DNA from: Octopus bimaculoides
Lineage: Eukaryota
Assembly (NCBI RefSeq): GCF_001194135.2
Contig: NC_069000.1
Coordinates: 10,838,912-10,902,911 of the forward strand
Reading direction: 5' to 3'
Length of the DNA stretch: 64,000 nt
Below the pieces are notes generated by a model. It saw only the letters and a program-made list of their open reading frames with translations. It did not search any database and was not told the DNA's origin. The position numbers were made by a program, and so were the translations under genes. Below, piece by piece: positions 63,726-64,000 of the stretch (positions within the stretch are counted from its first letter, which is position 1; each line of letters begins with the position of its first letter).

Positions 63726-64000
63726 GAGTAGTGGGGTGAGTGAATGCATAGAAGACACAGTGGGGTTTTCATCTTCCTTTTTTTTTTTTATTTCATACTT
63801 CATTACCTCTTAAAAAAACTTGTGCAGTGTGCACACACCATAAGTCGAGATGCTAAACTCTATTGACCTGTAAATCTTTGTCAACAGAAGCGGAATAGAC
63901 TCAAGAGCTATCTTGCAGCATTAAAAAAGAAAAGAAAGAAAGATTTAAAAAAATAAAAATAAATCAACGAAAAACAAAGAAACAACAGAATATAAAATGA

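Overview
AT-rich, repeat-dense eukaryotic DNA from a gapped draft assembly. The SINE families look, from recall, like those of Octopus (coleoid cephalopod), so the taxon is an inference. No complete protein-coding gene, rRNA, true tRNA gene or CRISPR array is supported. Nearly all long ORFs in the track are artefacts of microsatellites or N-gaps. The only recognisable protein sequence is retrotransposon debris: three RTE-type LINE C-terminal fragments and one decayed RT fragment. The window is dominated by tRNA-derived SINEs, labelled here family A, B, OK-like and E. It also holds RTE 3' ends, four hAT MITEs with 8-bp TSDs, TTAA (piggyBac-like) MITEs, a Helentron/HINE-like element and many microsatellites. 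The most interesting observations are five. (1) A minimal, dimer-type hammerhead-ribozyme fold sits in a Penelope-like end at 59191-59227. (2) SINEs and LINE ends repeatedly nest inside the internal microsatellite of A/B SINEs, making inverted dsRNA-forming geometries. (3) A LINE/SINE shared 3' module is visible within the window. (4) One MITE resembles MER1/Charlie3 at both ends. (5) A strand-biased set of AG|GTAAG donors, with small exon and micro-exon candidates, suggests an unidentified large minus-strand gene. Repeat coordinates are by eye and approximate unless TIR/TSD positions are given.
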